64,000 bases of DNA, from NCBI RefSeq assembly GCF_003334305.1, contig NZ_QOWS01000012.1, one strand, 5' to 3'. The DNA comes from Escherichia coli. Lineage in GTDB: Bacteria > Pseudomonadota > Gammaproteobacteria > Enterobacterales > Enterobacteriaceae. The position numbers and the translations under genes are program-made. A model generated the notes under the pieces. The model ran no database searches and was not told the DNA's origin. It saw only the letters and a list, made by a program, of their open reading frames with translations. Positions 9,005 through 20,251 of this stretch are shown here, in pieces (the stretch's first letter is position 1; each line of letters opens with the position of its first letter).

Positions 9005-11518
9005 TTAATTTTGGCTAATACACGGTAAAATAACCGTTACGGTGGTTAAGTTGCTGCTATTGGGTGGTTGAATAAAACAGGATTTATCACCCCAGCGTAA
9101 AGTAAGTTTGCTGTCATCCTGAATGCCGTTGAGGTATACAAAGCCGCCATCAGCAACCAGTCCTAATTCTTTATGGCTGGTTTTATCTTTTACGCTAATC
9201 CCCAGTGGTGGGTGACTACCATCTGCCAGGCGAATAACCCCCATGATTTGATAGCCCTTGCGGGTATCAAGTTTGGCGTAGCCAATAGCACCTTCGGTTA
9301 AGGTGGTGGTGATAACCGAGTTTTCGATATCCACATTTTCTGGAAGATTTCGGGTATCAACGCTTAATGATGTTGTTATGTAACTGCTGACTGATGGAAT
9401 AACTCCGATGCCATACCGATTAGTTACCGCGCGTTTATTGTTCAACGGAATATCTTCTGCACCATCTGCGTCGATCATAAAACGCGAGTCAGCACTACCA
9501 CTATAGTCATGGAAAGCGGCTCCGTGACGAGTCGCCGTGAATGAACCATTCCAACTGGCATTCAGAGAATAATAACTGTCTCGCTGTGATGTCCCGGAGA
9601 GATAGAGACGACCGTTCTCGGTATTATGCTGATAACTGGCGCGTAGTGACGCTTTCATATCTTTGAATTCATCATTGTCGCCTGAAGCAGAAACGCTCCA
9701 GGAATTATTTCGATCGGAAGAGTCATACCACGAAGCAGTATGCGAAATCTTGTTATCCTGATTTCGTTGCATACCATAGCTCAATGTTCTACTGGTTCCC
9801 CAGGGAATCGAAATATTTAGGTACAGTTGATCCTGGTTGTCTTCTTCCCAGTTTATTCGGCTAAATGTTAGAGAAGTGGAGACGTTTTTTAATGGCCCGA
9901 TATCAAAATCGCGGCTAAGTGATAATGAATAATTCACATTACTGCTGGCGTCCCAGTAAGTATTACGAGCCAAACTTACGTATGTATTTAACCTTAATGA
10001 TTCAAGATACTGGTTAAACGTGACAATATAACTCTCTTTTTCATTCTGATAATTCGTGTAATGGTTAGTGTCATTGATATATTCATTCATTGTCACAAAG
10101 TTTTTATCAGAGAAACGGTAACCAGCGAAAGTGAGCTGGCTACCGGTAGATTCAAAACGTTTTGAATAGTTAGCGCGGTAGCTATAACCCGTTTCTTTAT
10201 CCTGATTATGCAACTGAGCATCAGATCGTGTGACATCAAAAGATAATGAACCCAATGAGTTAAGGTTAAAGCCAACGCCGGCAGCCAGAGATTGATAATC
10301 ACGGTTTGTTAAAACTGAACCACCATACAGGGATACATTGTTCAGCCAACCCCATGAGAATTCACCAGTCCAGAAGAAGGGTTGTTGTAAGGAATCACCA
10401 CCAACGCTGGTCGGTTTACCCATAGCAGTGGTGTAGCGAATCTGCCCTTTACGCGTCAGATAAGGAATACTATTAGATGCAACTTGCCATTGCGTGACTT
10501 GCCCGTCCTCTTCTTCAACCTTGACGTCCAGTTGCCCCTGTAATGTATTGAATAAATTAGTAATAGCAAATGGGCCAGGAGGAACATTTTCTTGATAAAT
10601 AATACGGTTGTTCTGTGAGACAGTGACCTTTGCATTCGTTTGTGCAACACCCGTGATTTGCGGTGCGTAACCACGTAGATCAGGCGGCAACATATTCTCA
10701 TCGCTTTTCAACGAAACGCCAGAAAAATGGAAAGAGTCGAAAATAGAGGATTCAGTATCGTATTGACCTATAGTTAGTTTTGCATTAATTGCTGGGATTG
10801 GGCGAAACAAATAAATACGCGGAAAATCCAGGTTGTTCGCCTGGCTTTTGCCATTGTTAAATGATTGATCGTACTGGTAATCAGTACGCAGGCGCCAGGC
10901 CCCAAGATTAACCCCAGCCTGCCCATAGGAACTTATATTTTGTGAATTATCGCCCTGATGTGGTGCATAATGAGAGGCATATAAATTGTAGTCAAGAAAT
11001 GCCCCAGCAATACCATGATCCCAAAGTTCAGGAGGCGTCCAGTTTGCATCTTTGTATTTTAACCATGCCTGAGGTGCAGATATGGATAATTGCATTTTCC
11101 CTTTATCGAGATAAGTTGTAATTTGTTTTTCTTTTTCGATAGGGTAACAACCATCGATCAGGTTTTGCTGAGCCACTTCAATAATCTCATCAGTAAAGCC
11201 TAATAATGTTAATTGCTCTGGAGTCAGACAAACTGCAGTTTGGTTATCAATTAATACCCATTGCAGGTCCAGATGGATTGGCGTCCTTTTATTATTAATA
11301 AGAGCGTTTAATGAGTATTTACCTACGGGTAATTGGCCATCAGTTTCAAATTGGGAAAGGTTAACGTTTTCACGATCTTCGGCTTCGATTAAATCTTTGT
11401 TGAATTCAACGGCATAAGCTGACGCACAACCAATGATGAGAACGGATAATGAACAATAAATATTTTTAATCAATTCGCTTATTGTGGTTAATTTTAATTT
11501 TTTATACATCTGTTCCAC
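9005..11518 (-). CDS. yqiG: Outer membrane fimbrial usher, uninterrupted
   Basis: 837 aa continuous ORF of the FimD/PapC usher family. It sits between the major subunit and chaperone genes. Confidence 0.9.
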   Translation of the reverse strand: MEQMYKKLKLTTISELIKNIYCSLSVLIIGCASAYAVEFNKDLIEAEDRENVNLSQFETDGQLPVGKYSLNALINNKRTPIHLDLQWVLIDNQTAVCLTPEQLTLLGFTDEIIEVAQQNLIDGCYPIEKEKQITTYLDKGKMQLSISAPQAWLKYKDANWTPPELWDHGIAGAFLDYNLYASHYAPHQGDNSQNISSYGQAGVNLGAWRLRTDYQYDQSFNNGKSQANNLDFPRIYLFRPIPAINAKLTIGQYDTESSIFDSFHFSGVSLKSDENMLPPDLRGYAPQITGVAQTNAKVTVSQNNRIIYQENVPPGPFAITNLFNTLQGQLDVKVEEEDGQVTQWQVASNSIPYLTRKGQIRYTTAMGKPTSVGGDSLQQPFFWTGEFSWGWLNNVSLYGGSVLTNRDYQSLAAGVGFNLNSLGSLSFDVTRSDAQLHNQDKETGYSYRANYSKRFESTGSQLTFAGYRFSDKNFVTMNEYINDTNHYTNYQNEKESYIVTFNQYLESLRLNTYVSLARNTYWDASSNVNYSLSLSRDFDIGPLKNVSTSLTFSRINWEEDNQDQLYLNISIPWGTSRTLSYGMQRNQDNKISHTASWYDSSDRNNSWSVSASGDNDEFKDMKASLRASYQHNTENGRLYLSGTSQRDSYYSLNASWNGSFTATRHGAAFHDYSGSADSRFMIDADGAEDIPLNNKRAVTNRYGIGVIPSVSSYITTSLSVDTRNLPENVDIENSVITTTLTEGAIGYAKLDTRKGYQIMGVIRLADGSHPPLGISVKDKTSHKELGLVADGGFVYLNGIQDDSKLTLRWGDKSCFIQPPNSSNLTTVTVILPCISQN

Positions 11519-11568
11519 TTATCATTAATCCGTTAATGATGTGGCCGGGCGAACCCGGCCTAATGTGA

Positions 11569-12120
11569 TTACTCGTAAGCAATCTTATAGTCAGCCTGAG
11601 CGTAAACGTTGCCCGGGGTAGCATCTTTGCTTGGGGATTCCATACGAGCTTTGAAGTTCAGTTCCTGATAGCTGTTAGTATTGTTGAATGTAATTACTAC
11701 CGGAGTACCTAAAGTCACTTCGCCGCTCTGGCTATCCAGAATACGTACGCCAACGCCTGTGGCACCACCGATTTCAGTTTCTTTGGTGTTTTTCAGCAGG
11801 TCAGTCTGACCCGTCATAGTATTCGCTGTGGTGAAAGTAACCTTCGCTTTTGAATAAGTGGTTCCACCCTGGCTCAACATGCAGTCTTGCAGGTGAATAG
11901 TGAAAGGCTCAGCCAAAGATTTCTGGTCGCTTTTCAGAACGGTATCTGCTACTTCACCCAGATTTACAGTTAAGTCTTCGTCACCTGGTTTAATTGAACA
12001 TGGAGCAGAGATAACTTCACCTTTAAATTTAACAATGCCGTGACCTTCGTCAGCAAATACGTTATTGGAAAGAATCATTGCTACGCCAGCAACAAGAAGT
12101 GACTTTTTAAAAGCAGACAT
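11569..12120 (-). CDS. ygiL: Fimbrial major subunit (type 1 pilin-like)
   Basis: 183 aa with a signal peptide (..NNVFA/DEG), a conserved pilin Cys pair and a C-terminal ...DYKIAYE strand. It is the first gene of the operon. Confidence 0.9.
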   Translation of the reverse strand: MSAFKKSLLVAGVAMILSNNVFADEGHGIVKFKGEVISAPCSIKPGDEDLTVNLGEVADTVLKSDQKSLAEPFTIHLQDCMLSQGGTTYSKAKVTFTTANTMTGQTDLLKNTKETEIGGATGVGVRILDSQSGEVTLGTPVVITFNNTNSYQELNFKARMESPSKDATPGNVYAQADYKIAYE

Positions 12121-12348
12121 AATATTCCTTTATATAAATATAAGTAGAAAATGAATGATTAGTAACTGTTATTTAAGGATTGCTAATCATTCAAATATTA
12201 TATTTTACTTTTCGGGTTTTATGAAATTAGTTTATCTAAATATGGATTAAGTAAAACTTAAAAAATACATAACAATTATATTTTCAATTGCACTCATTCA
12301 TTTTTGTGATGATATTCTGAATGGAATTAAGCGATAAGGTAATAGAAA

Positions 12349-12387
12349 GCACTGTAAATTAGAAGATTAATTCATAATTTACAGTGC
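12349..12387 (-). terminator. Probable Rho-independent terminator of ubiK/yqiC
   Basis: A perfect 12-bp inverted repeat, gcactgtaaatt / aatttacagtgc, with a 15-nt loop. It lies 16 nt after the ubiK stop and is followed on the minus strand by ctttct. Confidence 0.55.
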
Positions 12388-12402
12388 ATTAAAGACAAAT
12401 GT

Positions 12403-12693
12403 TTACAGCGTTGGGGGGAGAGTCTCTGGATCTGGCTGCTTTTTAATCTCAGTACTGCGATTTTCCAGTTCGCTCATTCTTTGTTCAAGCAGCGCCAGTT
12501 TCTCACGAGTCCGTAACAGGACTTGCGTTTGGACGTCGAACTCTTCACGGCTTACAAGGTCGAGGCGCGTCAGCTGAGCTTGTAGGGTTTGGCGGATTTT
12601 TTTCTCCACATCTTCCCCGAACTCCCTGATTCCTTTAGGCATTGATTCGTGAACCTGGCGAGCGATTTGCTCAATTTTTTTCGGGTCAATCAT
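12403..12693 (-). CDS. ubiK: Ubiquinone biosynthesis accessory factor UbiK (BMFP family, 96 aa)
   Basis: The translation from [32 protein letters not shown]... matches YqiC/UbiK. The longer 116-aa ORF start has no support. Confidence 0.85.
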   Translation of the reverse strand: MIDPKKIEQIARQVHESMPKGIREFGEDVEKKIRQTLQAQLTRLDLVSREEFDVQTQVLLRTREKLALLEQRMSELENRSTEIKKQPDPETLPPTL

Positions 12694-12814
12694 TGTAGTT
12701 TCCCTGTACTGATAGGTGTTGAGTGCCATTGTAGTGCGATAAGGGTAAGTCATAAACCAGAATTATGTGAAGCTATGCGTTGCTGCCGCTAATCATTAGC
12801 GTTATAGTGAATCC

Positions 12815-12964
12815 GCTTATTCTCAGGGCGGGGCGAAATTCCCCACCGGCGGTAAATCAACTCAGTTGAAAGCCCGCGAGCGCTTTGGGTGCGAACTCAA
12901 AGGACAGCAGATCCGGTGTAATTCCGGGGCCGACGGTTAGAGTCCGGATGGGAGAGAGTAACGA
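12815..12964 (+). promoter_or_regulatory. FMN riboswitch (RFN element) in the ribB leader
   Basis: The sequence contains the conserved RFN core segments: tctcagggcggggcgaaattccccaccggcggt ... cagcagatccggtgtaattccggggccgacggttagagtccggatgggagaga. It lies about 100 nt upstream of the ribB ATG. Confidence 0.9.
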
Positions 12965-13066
12965 TTCTGTCGGGCATGGACCCGCTCACGTTATTTTGGC
13001 TATATGCCGCCACTCCTAAGACTGCCCTGATTCTGGTAACCATAATTTTAGTGAGGTTTTTTTACC

Positions 13067-13720
13067 ATGAATCAGACGCTACTTTCCTCTTTTGGTACGC
13101 CTTTCGAACGTGTTGAAAATGCACTGGCTGCGCTGCGTGAAGGACGCGGTGTAATGGTGCTTGATGATGAAGACCGTGAAAACGAAGGCGATATGATCTT
13201 CCCGGCAGAAACCATGACCGTTGAGCAGATGGCGCTGACCATTCGCCACGGTAGCGGTATTGTTTGCCTGTGCATCACTGAAGATCGCCGTAAACAACTT
13301 GATCTGCCAATGATGGTAGAAAATAACACCAGCGCCTATGGCACCGGTTTTACCGTGACCATTGAAGCGGCTGAAGGTGTGACTACCGGTGTTTCTGCCG
13401 CTGATCGAATTACGACCGTTCGCGCAGCGATTGCCGATGGCGCAAAACCTTCTGATCTGAATCGCCCGGGCCACGTTTTCCCACTTCGCGCGCAGGCAGG
13501 TGGTGTACTGACGCGTGGCGGTCATACTGAAGCGACTATTGATTTGATGACGCTGGCAGGCTTTAAACCGGCTGGTGTGCTGTGTGAGTTGACTAATGAC
13601 GATGGCACGATGGCGCGTGCACCAGAGTGCATTGAGTTTGCCAATAAACACAATATGGCGCTCGTGACTATTGAAGACCTGGTGGCATACCGTCAGGCAC
13701 ATGAGCGTAAAGCCAGCTGA
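13067..13720 (+). CDS. ribB: 3,4-dihydroxy-2-butanone 4-phosphate synthase
   Basis: 217 aa. It carries the DRENEGD and HTEA motifs typical of RibB and is preceded by an FMN riboswitch. Confidence 0.95.
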   Translation: MNQTLLSSFGTPFERVENALAALREGRGVMVLDDEDRENEGDMIFPAETMTVEQMALTIRHGSGIVCLCITEDRRKQLDLPMMVENNTSAYGTGFTVTIEAAEGVTTGVSAADRITTVRAAIADGAKPSDLNRPGHVFPLRAQAGGVLTRGGHTEATIDLMTLAGFKPAGVLCELTNDDGTMARAPECIEFANKHNMALVTIEDLVAYRQAHERKAS

Positions 13721-13751
13721 AAACCGCTGCTTAATTACTGCCTTAATCAAG

Positions 13752-13783
13752 AAACCGAAGTTGTAGCTGGCTTCGGTTTTTAT
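13752..13783 (+). terminator. Rho-independent terminator of ribB
   Basis: Stem aaaccgaag / cttcggttt followed by tttatttt. Confidence 0.75.
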
Positions 13784-13980
13784 TTTGCCCTGCTATGCAA
13801 GATGTTAATTCCGCTTCTCTTTCTATGAGAAAATTTCATTAATATCAGGCATTCTTTTTCATTATGATCAAAATCATATAATTGTTCCGTTATTATGCGA
13901 CCATATGAATATATCCGAAAAAGGATATGTGAAATTTATGCGCTAAATGTTTAGTATTGTTAAATATTAAGGGTAAAAGG

Positions 13981-14151
13981 ATGTTTATCGCCTGGTACTG
14001 GATTGTATTGATTGCTCTTGTTGTGGTGGGTTATTTCCTGCATTTGAAACGTTATTGTCGGGCGTTTCGCCAGGACAGAGACGCACTGCTTGAAGCGCGG
14101 AACAAATACTTAAACAGTACGAGAGAAGAGACAGCCGAAAAGGTAGAATAA
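13981..14151 (+). CDS. Small single-pass membrane protein (56 aa)
   Basis: The ATG at 13981 is preceded by aaaagg. There is one clear TM helix (FIAWYWIVLIALVVVGYFL) followed by a charged tail. I do not confidently recall a gene name for it. Confidence 0.5.
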   Translation: MFIAWYWIVLIALVVVGYFLHLKRYCRAFRQDRDALLEARNKYLNSTREETAEKVE

Positions 14152-14208
14152 GGCTTTAGTGAAGCTAGCAGAAGTTGTCCATGCGCTGGCCAACTTCTGA
14201 TGTTGCTT

Positions 14209-14982
14209 TTAACCAATTCCCGCCGTTTGTAGCAGCACTAAACTGAATCCCATCACTGACATTCCACATAGTACGCCATAGCTGGGGTTATTATTAGGGT
14301 CAATCTCTTTGGCGAGCGGCATTAATTCATCAACCGAGAGCGCCACCATAATTCCTGCAACCGCCGCCATGATTGCCGCCATGACCACGGGGGAAATCAT
14401 GCTACCGAGGATTAACCACGCCAGCACACCACCAAGAATTTCTGCCAATCCAGAAATCCCCGCCCACAGAATTGCCGTGCGTTTAGAACCCGTTGCTGCA
14501 TAAACCGGGCCTGCAACCGCCAGACCTTCAGGAATATTGTGCAACGCGACGGCCAGTGCGATGCCAAATCCCAGCTCCAGGTTGCTGCTCGCCGTGACAA
14601 AGGTGGCAATCCCTTCCGGGAAGTTATGCAGACTGATGCCGAGAGTGAGCAGAATGGCTGTGCGCTTGATCGATTTTGGCAACGGCTGCACCGATTTTTG
14701 CATTAAATCCTGCGGATGCGCATGTGGCAACATGCGGTCCAGGCCAAAATAGCCAAGCAGACCGAAGATAAACATTCCATAACCCAACACAGGCGACATT
14801 CCTTCAGCTGCTAGTGCGGCAGGAAGCATTTCCATTAATGAGATGAGCAACATGATCCCCGCCGCAAATCCTAGCGAAAACGCCAGTAAGCGGTTCGAGG
14901 GTTTTTGCCCGAGAACGCCGAGAAACGCGCCAATAAACGTGGCTGCCCCCGCCAGTATGGTCAGAATGAGAGGTACTGACAT
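14209..14982 (-). CDS. zupT: ZIP-family zinc/divalent metal transporter
   Basis: 257 aa from [19 protein letters not shown]... It is a multi-TM protein with the HNFPEG/HNIPEG ZIP motifs. Confidence 0.93.
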
Positions 14983-15097
14983 CGACAACTCCTTATAAAT
15001 CTTCACCTTCAGGCAGATCGTCAAAATAACTGATGATCATCATCATTGTTATCCGGGTTCTTACTCCGCCGAACAAGCGTATTGTGAGGATATCAAA

Positions 15098-15913
15098 ATG
15101 ACACCTTTAGTTAAGGATATCATCATGTCTTCAACACGTATGCCAGCATTGTTTTTAGGTCACGGTAGTCCGATGAACGTGCTGGAAGATAATTTGTATA
15201 CCCGCAGCTGGCAGAAGTTGGGGATGACATTGCCACGCCCGCAAGCGATTGTGGTGGTTTCGGCTCACTGGTTTACCCGTGGAACAGGAGTGACCGCGAT
15301 GGAGACGCCGCCCACGATTCATGACTTTGGTGGCTTCCCGCAGGCGCTGTACGATACGCATTATCCTGCTCCGGGTTCGCCTGTGCTGGCACAGCATCTG
15401 GTTGAGCTGTTAGCACCGGTCCCGGTGACGCTGGATAAAGAAGCCTGGGGCTTTGACCACGGTTCCTGGGGCGTGCTGATTAAGATGTATCCTGACGCCG
15501 ATATCCCGATGGTGCAGTTGAGTATCGACAGTAGCAAACCTGCCGCCTGGCATTTCGAAATGGGGCGCAAACTGGCAGCGCTGCGAGATGAAGGAATAAT
15601 GTTGGTCGCCAGTGGCAACGTGGTGCATAACCTGCGTACAGTGAAGTGGCACGGTGATAGTTCACCATATCCTTGGGCGATGTCGTTTAATGAGTATGTG
15701 AAAGCGAATCTGACGTGGCAAGGGGCGGTAGAGCAGCATCCTCTGGTGAATTACCTCGACCATGAAGGTGGCGCGTTATCGAACCCAACGCCGGAGCACT
15801 ATCTGCCGTTGTTGTATGTCTTAGGTGCGTGGGATGGGCAGGAGCCAATTACCATTCCGGTCGATGGTATAGAAATGGGCAGCCTGAGTATGCTGTCGGT
15901 GCAGATAGGTTAA
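15098..15913 (+). CDS. ygiD: 4,5-DOPA dioxygenase extradiol-like protein
   Basis: 271 aa ORF of the LigB/extradiol dioxygenase class III family (LFLGHGSPMN). An alternative start at 15125 (MSSTRMPALF) is possible. Confidence 0.85.
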   Translation: MTPLVKDIIMSSTRMPALFLGHGSPMNVLEDNLYTRSWQKLGMTLPRPQAIVVVSAHWFTRGTGVTAMETPPTIHDFGGFPQALYDTHYPAPGSPVLAQHLVELLAPVPVTLDKEAWGFDHGSWGVLIKMYPDADIPMVQLSIDSSKPAAWHFEMGRKLAALRDEGIMLVASGNVVHNLRTVKWHGDSSPYPWAMSFNEYVKANLTWQGAVEQHPLVNYLDHEGGALSNPTPEHYLPLLYVLGAWDGQEPITIPVDGIEMGSLSMLSVQIG

Positions 15914-15950
15914 CAATTACCGGATGGCGAATGCCATCCGGCATCATTGA

Positions 15951-17111
15951 TTACTCAACAAAAATATGTGGATAAAACCGAGACATATCCTGGGTGATCA
16001 ATGCACGGTCTTCACGAATGCCAATTCCGGCGGGTTGATCGTTCACCAGCCAGCTACCAATCAGCATATAGCTGTCGCCGAATTTCGGTAACGGGTGGAA
16101 TTGCTGAACAATCATCCCTTCTTCGCCATACGGACCTTCCGCTGCTTCAATGGTTTTGCCGTTTTCAATGATCGACACGTTTGCGCCTTCACGGGAGAAG
16201 ATCGGTTTAACCACATATTTTTCCATTTGCGGATGATCATCTTCCGCAAAATAAGCGGGCAGCAGGTTCGGGTGATTCGGGAACATCTCCCACAGTAGCG
16301 GTAGAAGTGCCTTGTTGGAGATAATGCTCTTCCACGCTGGTTCCAGCCAGCGTACGCCTGCATCCTCCAGCTTGGTGGAAAACATCTCACGCAACATAAA
16401 TTCCCACGGATACAGCTTGAACAGGTTGGAAATTACCTGATCCTGTAAATCCGTGAACTGACCTTTTTCACCTAACCCGATATCATCGATGTAGAGGAAC
16501 TCAGTAGCAATTTCAGCTTCCGTTGCGCAGTCCTGCAAATACTGAATGGTTCCGCGATCTTCCACCGTGTCGCGACAGCAGGTGAGATGCAGCAACTGGA
16601 AGCCATACTGTTCACGCAGCTCAACGAAGCGATCGATCAGTTTTTCTTGCAGACTGTTAAACTGGTCGCTGCCCTCCGGCAAGTTACCGGCGTTAAGCTG
16701 ATCTTCCAGCCAGATCCACTGAAAGAACGCCGCCTCGTATAGTGACGTTGGCGTATCGGCGTTATTTTCCAGAAGTTTAGGTTCGCCAGTGCCATCCCAC
16801 GCCAGATCAAGACGCGAATAAAGCGATGGCTGGTGCGTCAGCCATGACTGGCGCACAAAACTCCAGGTGTGTTTTGGAATGCGGAATTTGGTCATCAGCT
16901 CATCGCTGGCGATCACTTTTTCCACCACTTTCAGGCACATCTGGTGCAGTTCGGCGGTGACTTCTTCCAGCTTTTCAACCTGGGCGAGGGTCAACTTGTA
17001 GTAAGCATCTTCACACCAGTACGGCTCGCCGTACATGGTGTGAAAATTGAAACCGTATTCGTGGGCTTTCTCACGCCAGTCCGGGCGCTCGGTAATACTG
17101 ACTCTTTCCAT
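15951..17111 (-). CDS. ygiC: Glutathionylspermidine synthase-like ATP-grasp protein
   Basis: 386 aa, homologous to the GspS synthetase domain. It is paired with ygiB upstream. Confidence 0.9.
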
Positions 17112-17116
17112 CGGTA

Positions 17117-17788
17117 TCAGCCACCCATTGAACGAGAAGAGGTGCCAGTTGCGCTACGCTGCATAGTGCTTTGTTTGGCAACAGATTCACCAAAACCGCC
17201 ACGGGTAACGGTAGTGGTGGTCGCCGGTTTTGGTGCCATGGCTGTCTTCGGTACGGTCATGGTGCGGCCTGGCTGGGCTGCGCCATAGTTTTTACCCGTC
17301 GCGTCGGTATATTTACCGTAAGCCGGGCTGGCTGGGTTTTTCGAGGAGAACAGCGGCTGCTGTGCAAATCCCGCGCCGCCGCCCATCAGACGCCCCATCA
17401 TGTAACCGGCCATCAGCGGCATCCAGAAACTCCCGCTGGATTGCTGGGCCTGCGCCTGGTTTTCTGGTGCCATGCCAGCCTGGGCTGGTGCCTGCTGGCA
17501 CTGACCTTCACCAAATTCAGCAACACAGTCTTCACGGGTGGCGTATTTCGGCGCAGTACGTTCGGCTTCTTTCAGCGCATTGTTGTACGCGGTGGTACAT
17601 TCGGCGCTTTTGCCTGGGTTTGCAGCTGAACAGTCGTCAGCATTTTGATAGAGAGACACTGTTTCATCACTCTTTTCACAGCCAGCCAGCATAAAAACAG
17701 TGGCAACCGCGAGAGCGACTGGTGTCAGATGGCGCGCGCTCCAGTTTTTGCGGAACGATGCGTGGCGTATGGATTTTGTCCGTTTCAT
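17117..17788 (-). CDS. ygiB: DUF1190 lipoprotein
   Basis: 223 aa from [12 protein letters not shown]... It has a lipobox (MLAGC) and a G/A/M-rich C-terminus. Confidence 0.85.
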
Positions 17789-17935
17789 TTTTGTCTTCCG
17801 GGACCAGTGGTAAATACCCATCAGAATAGAGGATGGCTGGTCGAAATTGAAGCGAGAAGGGGGAAGAATGCGGCAGATAACCCGTATCTTTACGTTGCCT
17901 TACGTTCAGACGGGGCCGAAGCCCCGTCGTCGTCA

Positions 17936-19417
17936 TCAGTTACGGAAAGGGTTATGACCGTTACTGGTGGTAGTGCGTGCGGATGTTTGCTGAACGACGG
18001 GTGCCGGGCTATCAGGCGCATAACCATCAGCAATAGCATTCTGTTCCGGCGTTTGCGGGGCAACGTTTTCCGGATTAGTGGAAACCGGTTTGCTCAGCGC
18101 ATTGTTCAGTGCCAGCAGATCCTGCTCGTTCAACGTACCCAGGGCTGACTTAATATTCAGCTGATTAATCAGGTAGTTATAACGCGCATTTGCCAGCTCT
18201 TGCTTAGCGTTGTACAGCGTGGTGGTTGCATCCAACACATCAACAATGGTACGCGTACCGACCGAGTAGCCCGCTTCCATCGCGTCTAATGAGCTTTGAG
18301 CGGAAACTACGACTTGTTTGTAGGCGTTAATGCTACTGATAGATGCATTAATGTTGTTGAAGGAGGAACGTACGGTTTGCACGACGCTACGATGCGCGCT
18401 TTCCAGTTGCTCGCTGGCACCAACAAAGTTGTACTGGGCCTGTTTCACCTGCGAGTTAACCATTCCGCCCTGATAAATCGGCAGCGAGAAGCTCAGGCCC
18501 ACTTTGTTCTGGCCCATATTGCTGTCGTCATACTGGGTACCAGCGGCACCACGAGTTTTCGAACCGCTATAAGAGGTGTCAGAAATCCCGGTAGAAGCCG
18601 TTAAATCCAGCGTCGGTAAGTGACCATCCTGCGCCTGGCGAATTTGCTCGCGCGCCAGGTCCTGGCTCAAGCGTGCCTGTAACAGCGACAGGTTGCGTTT
18701 TTCGGCTTCTTTCAGCAGCGCGTTAACCGGCTGTGGTTTGTCGGTTTTAAAGTTTTCGACATTCAGCGCTGCCAGTTCTGGATAGTAGTTACCGGTGATC
18801 TGGCGCAGCTGCTCTACCGCGTTATCAAGGTTATTACGTGCGGTCACTTCGTTCGCCAGCACGGTATCGTACTGCGCGCGGGCGTTCTGCACGTCGGTTA
18901 TCGCTACCAGGCCCACGTTAAAACGTTGGGTGGTTTGATCTAATTGACGGTAGATCGCTTCTTTTTGTGCCTGTGTATAGGAAAGAACGTCAATAGCATT
19001 CAACACGTTGAAATAAGCGGTCGCGGTGTTGAGGATCAAGGTTTGCTGATCGGTCTGATATGTGACGTCCTGAATCCCTGCTGCTTTTTCCTGCAGCGTT
19101 AACGCACGCCATTTCGACATATCAAAAATGGATTGAGTTAACTGCAGGGACGCACTGGTCGCGTTAGAGTTGATGCCGTTCGCGTCGCGGTAGCCGTTGC
19201 TATAGGTGTAATCTGCACCTAAACCTAGCTGTGGCAGTAATGGACTGCGCGCTTCATTAATTTTTTCAAAGGCAGCATCACGATCGGCGGCAGACTTACG
19301 CAATTCCGGGTTACTAAGGCGTGCTTGCTGATAAACTTGCATCAGGTTCTCGGCCTGGCTCAACGAACTGAACCCAGAAAGGCTCAGGCCGATAAGAATG
19401 GGGAGCAATTTCTTCAT
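17936..19417 (-). CDS. tolC: Outer membrane efflux channel TolC
   Basis: 493 aa from MKKLLPILIGLSLSGFSSLSQAENLMQVYQQA... The full-length sequence matches TolC. Confidence 0.97.
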   Translation of the reverse strand: MKKLLPILIGLSLSGFSSLSQAENLMQVYQQARLSNPELRKSAADRDAAFEKINEARSPLLPQLGLGADYTYSNGYRDANGINSNATSASLQLTQSIFDMSKWRALTLQEKAAGIQDVTYQTDQQTLILNTATAYFNVLNAIDVLSYTQAQKEAIYRQLDQTTQRFNVGLVAITDVQNARAQYDTVLANEVTARNNLDNAVEQLRQITGNYYPELAALNVENFKTDKPQPVNALLKEAEKRNLSLLQARLSQDLAREQIRQAQDGHLPTLDLTASTGISDTSYSGSKTRGAAGTQYDDSNMGQNKVGLSFSLPIYQGGMVNSQVKQAQYNFVGASEQLESAHRSVVQTVRSSFNNINASISSINAYKQVVVSAQSSLDAMEAGYSVGTRTIVDVLDATTTLYNAKQELANARYNYLINQLNIKSALGTLNEQDLLALNNALSKPVSTNPENVAPQTPEQNAIADGYAPDSPAPVVQQTSARTTTSNGHNPFRN

Positions 19418-19621
19418 TTGCATTCCTTGTGGTGAAGCAGTATTTAGCGCGATCAAACTGTAAAATTATTGCGGATTCTAGCAGAAGCCGCTACCGCAAA
19501 AGGTTGGCGTTACGTGCCATAGGGCGTTAATGTGCCTCAATTTAACACATGACTGCTCAAACGGCAGTCAAACGTCGCTGAAATTCACATTTAATTCACT
19601 ATTAGTGCCAGGACATTAACA

Positions 19622-20251
19622 ATGCTTAAGCCAGACAACCTGCCCGTTACATTTGGCAAAAACGATGTAGAAATTATTGCACGAGAAACACTTTATCGCG
19701 GCTTTTTTTCATTAGATCTTTATAGATTTCGTCATCGTTTATTCAACGGGCAAATGAGTCATGAGGTACGGAGGGAAATTTTTGAGCGCGGTCACGCCGC
19801 AGTCTTGCTACCCTTTGACCCAGTGCGTGATGAAGTTGTGCTGATTGAGCAGATTCGGATTGCCGCATACGACACCAGTGAAACCCCCTGGCTACTGGAG
19901 ATGGTTGCCGGGATGATAGAAGAGGGTGAAAGTGTGGAAGATGTTGCCCGTCGCGAAGCGATTGAAGAGGCGGGACTGATAGTCAAACGGACCAAACCGG
20001 TGTTAAGTTTCCTGGCAAGCCCGGGGGGCACCAGTGAGCGTTCGTCAATTATGGTGGGCGAAGTGGACGCCACGACCGCAAGCGGTATTCATGGTCTGGC
20101 TGATGAAAACGAAGATATTCGCGTTCATGTGGTAAGCCGGGAACAGGCATACCAGTGGGTAGAAGAGGGGAAAATCGACAACGCAGCGTCGGTCATCGCT
20201 TTGCAATGGCTGCAGCTGCATCATCAAGCGTTAAAAAATGAGTGGGCATAA
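19622..20251 (+). CDS. nudF: ADP-ribose pyrophosphatase (Nudix)
   Basis: 209 aa with a Nudix box ([22 protein letters not shown]). Confidence 0.93.
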
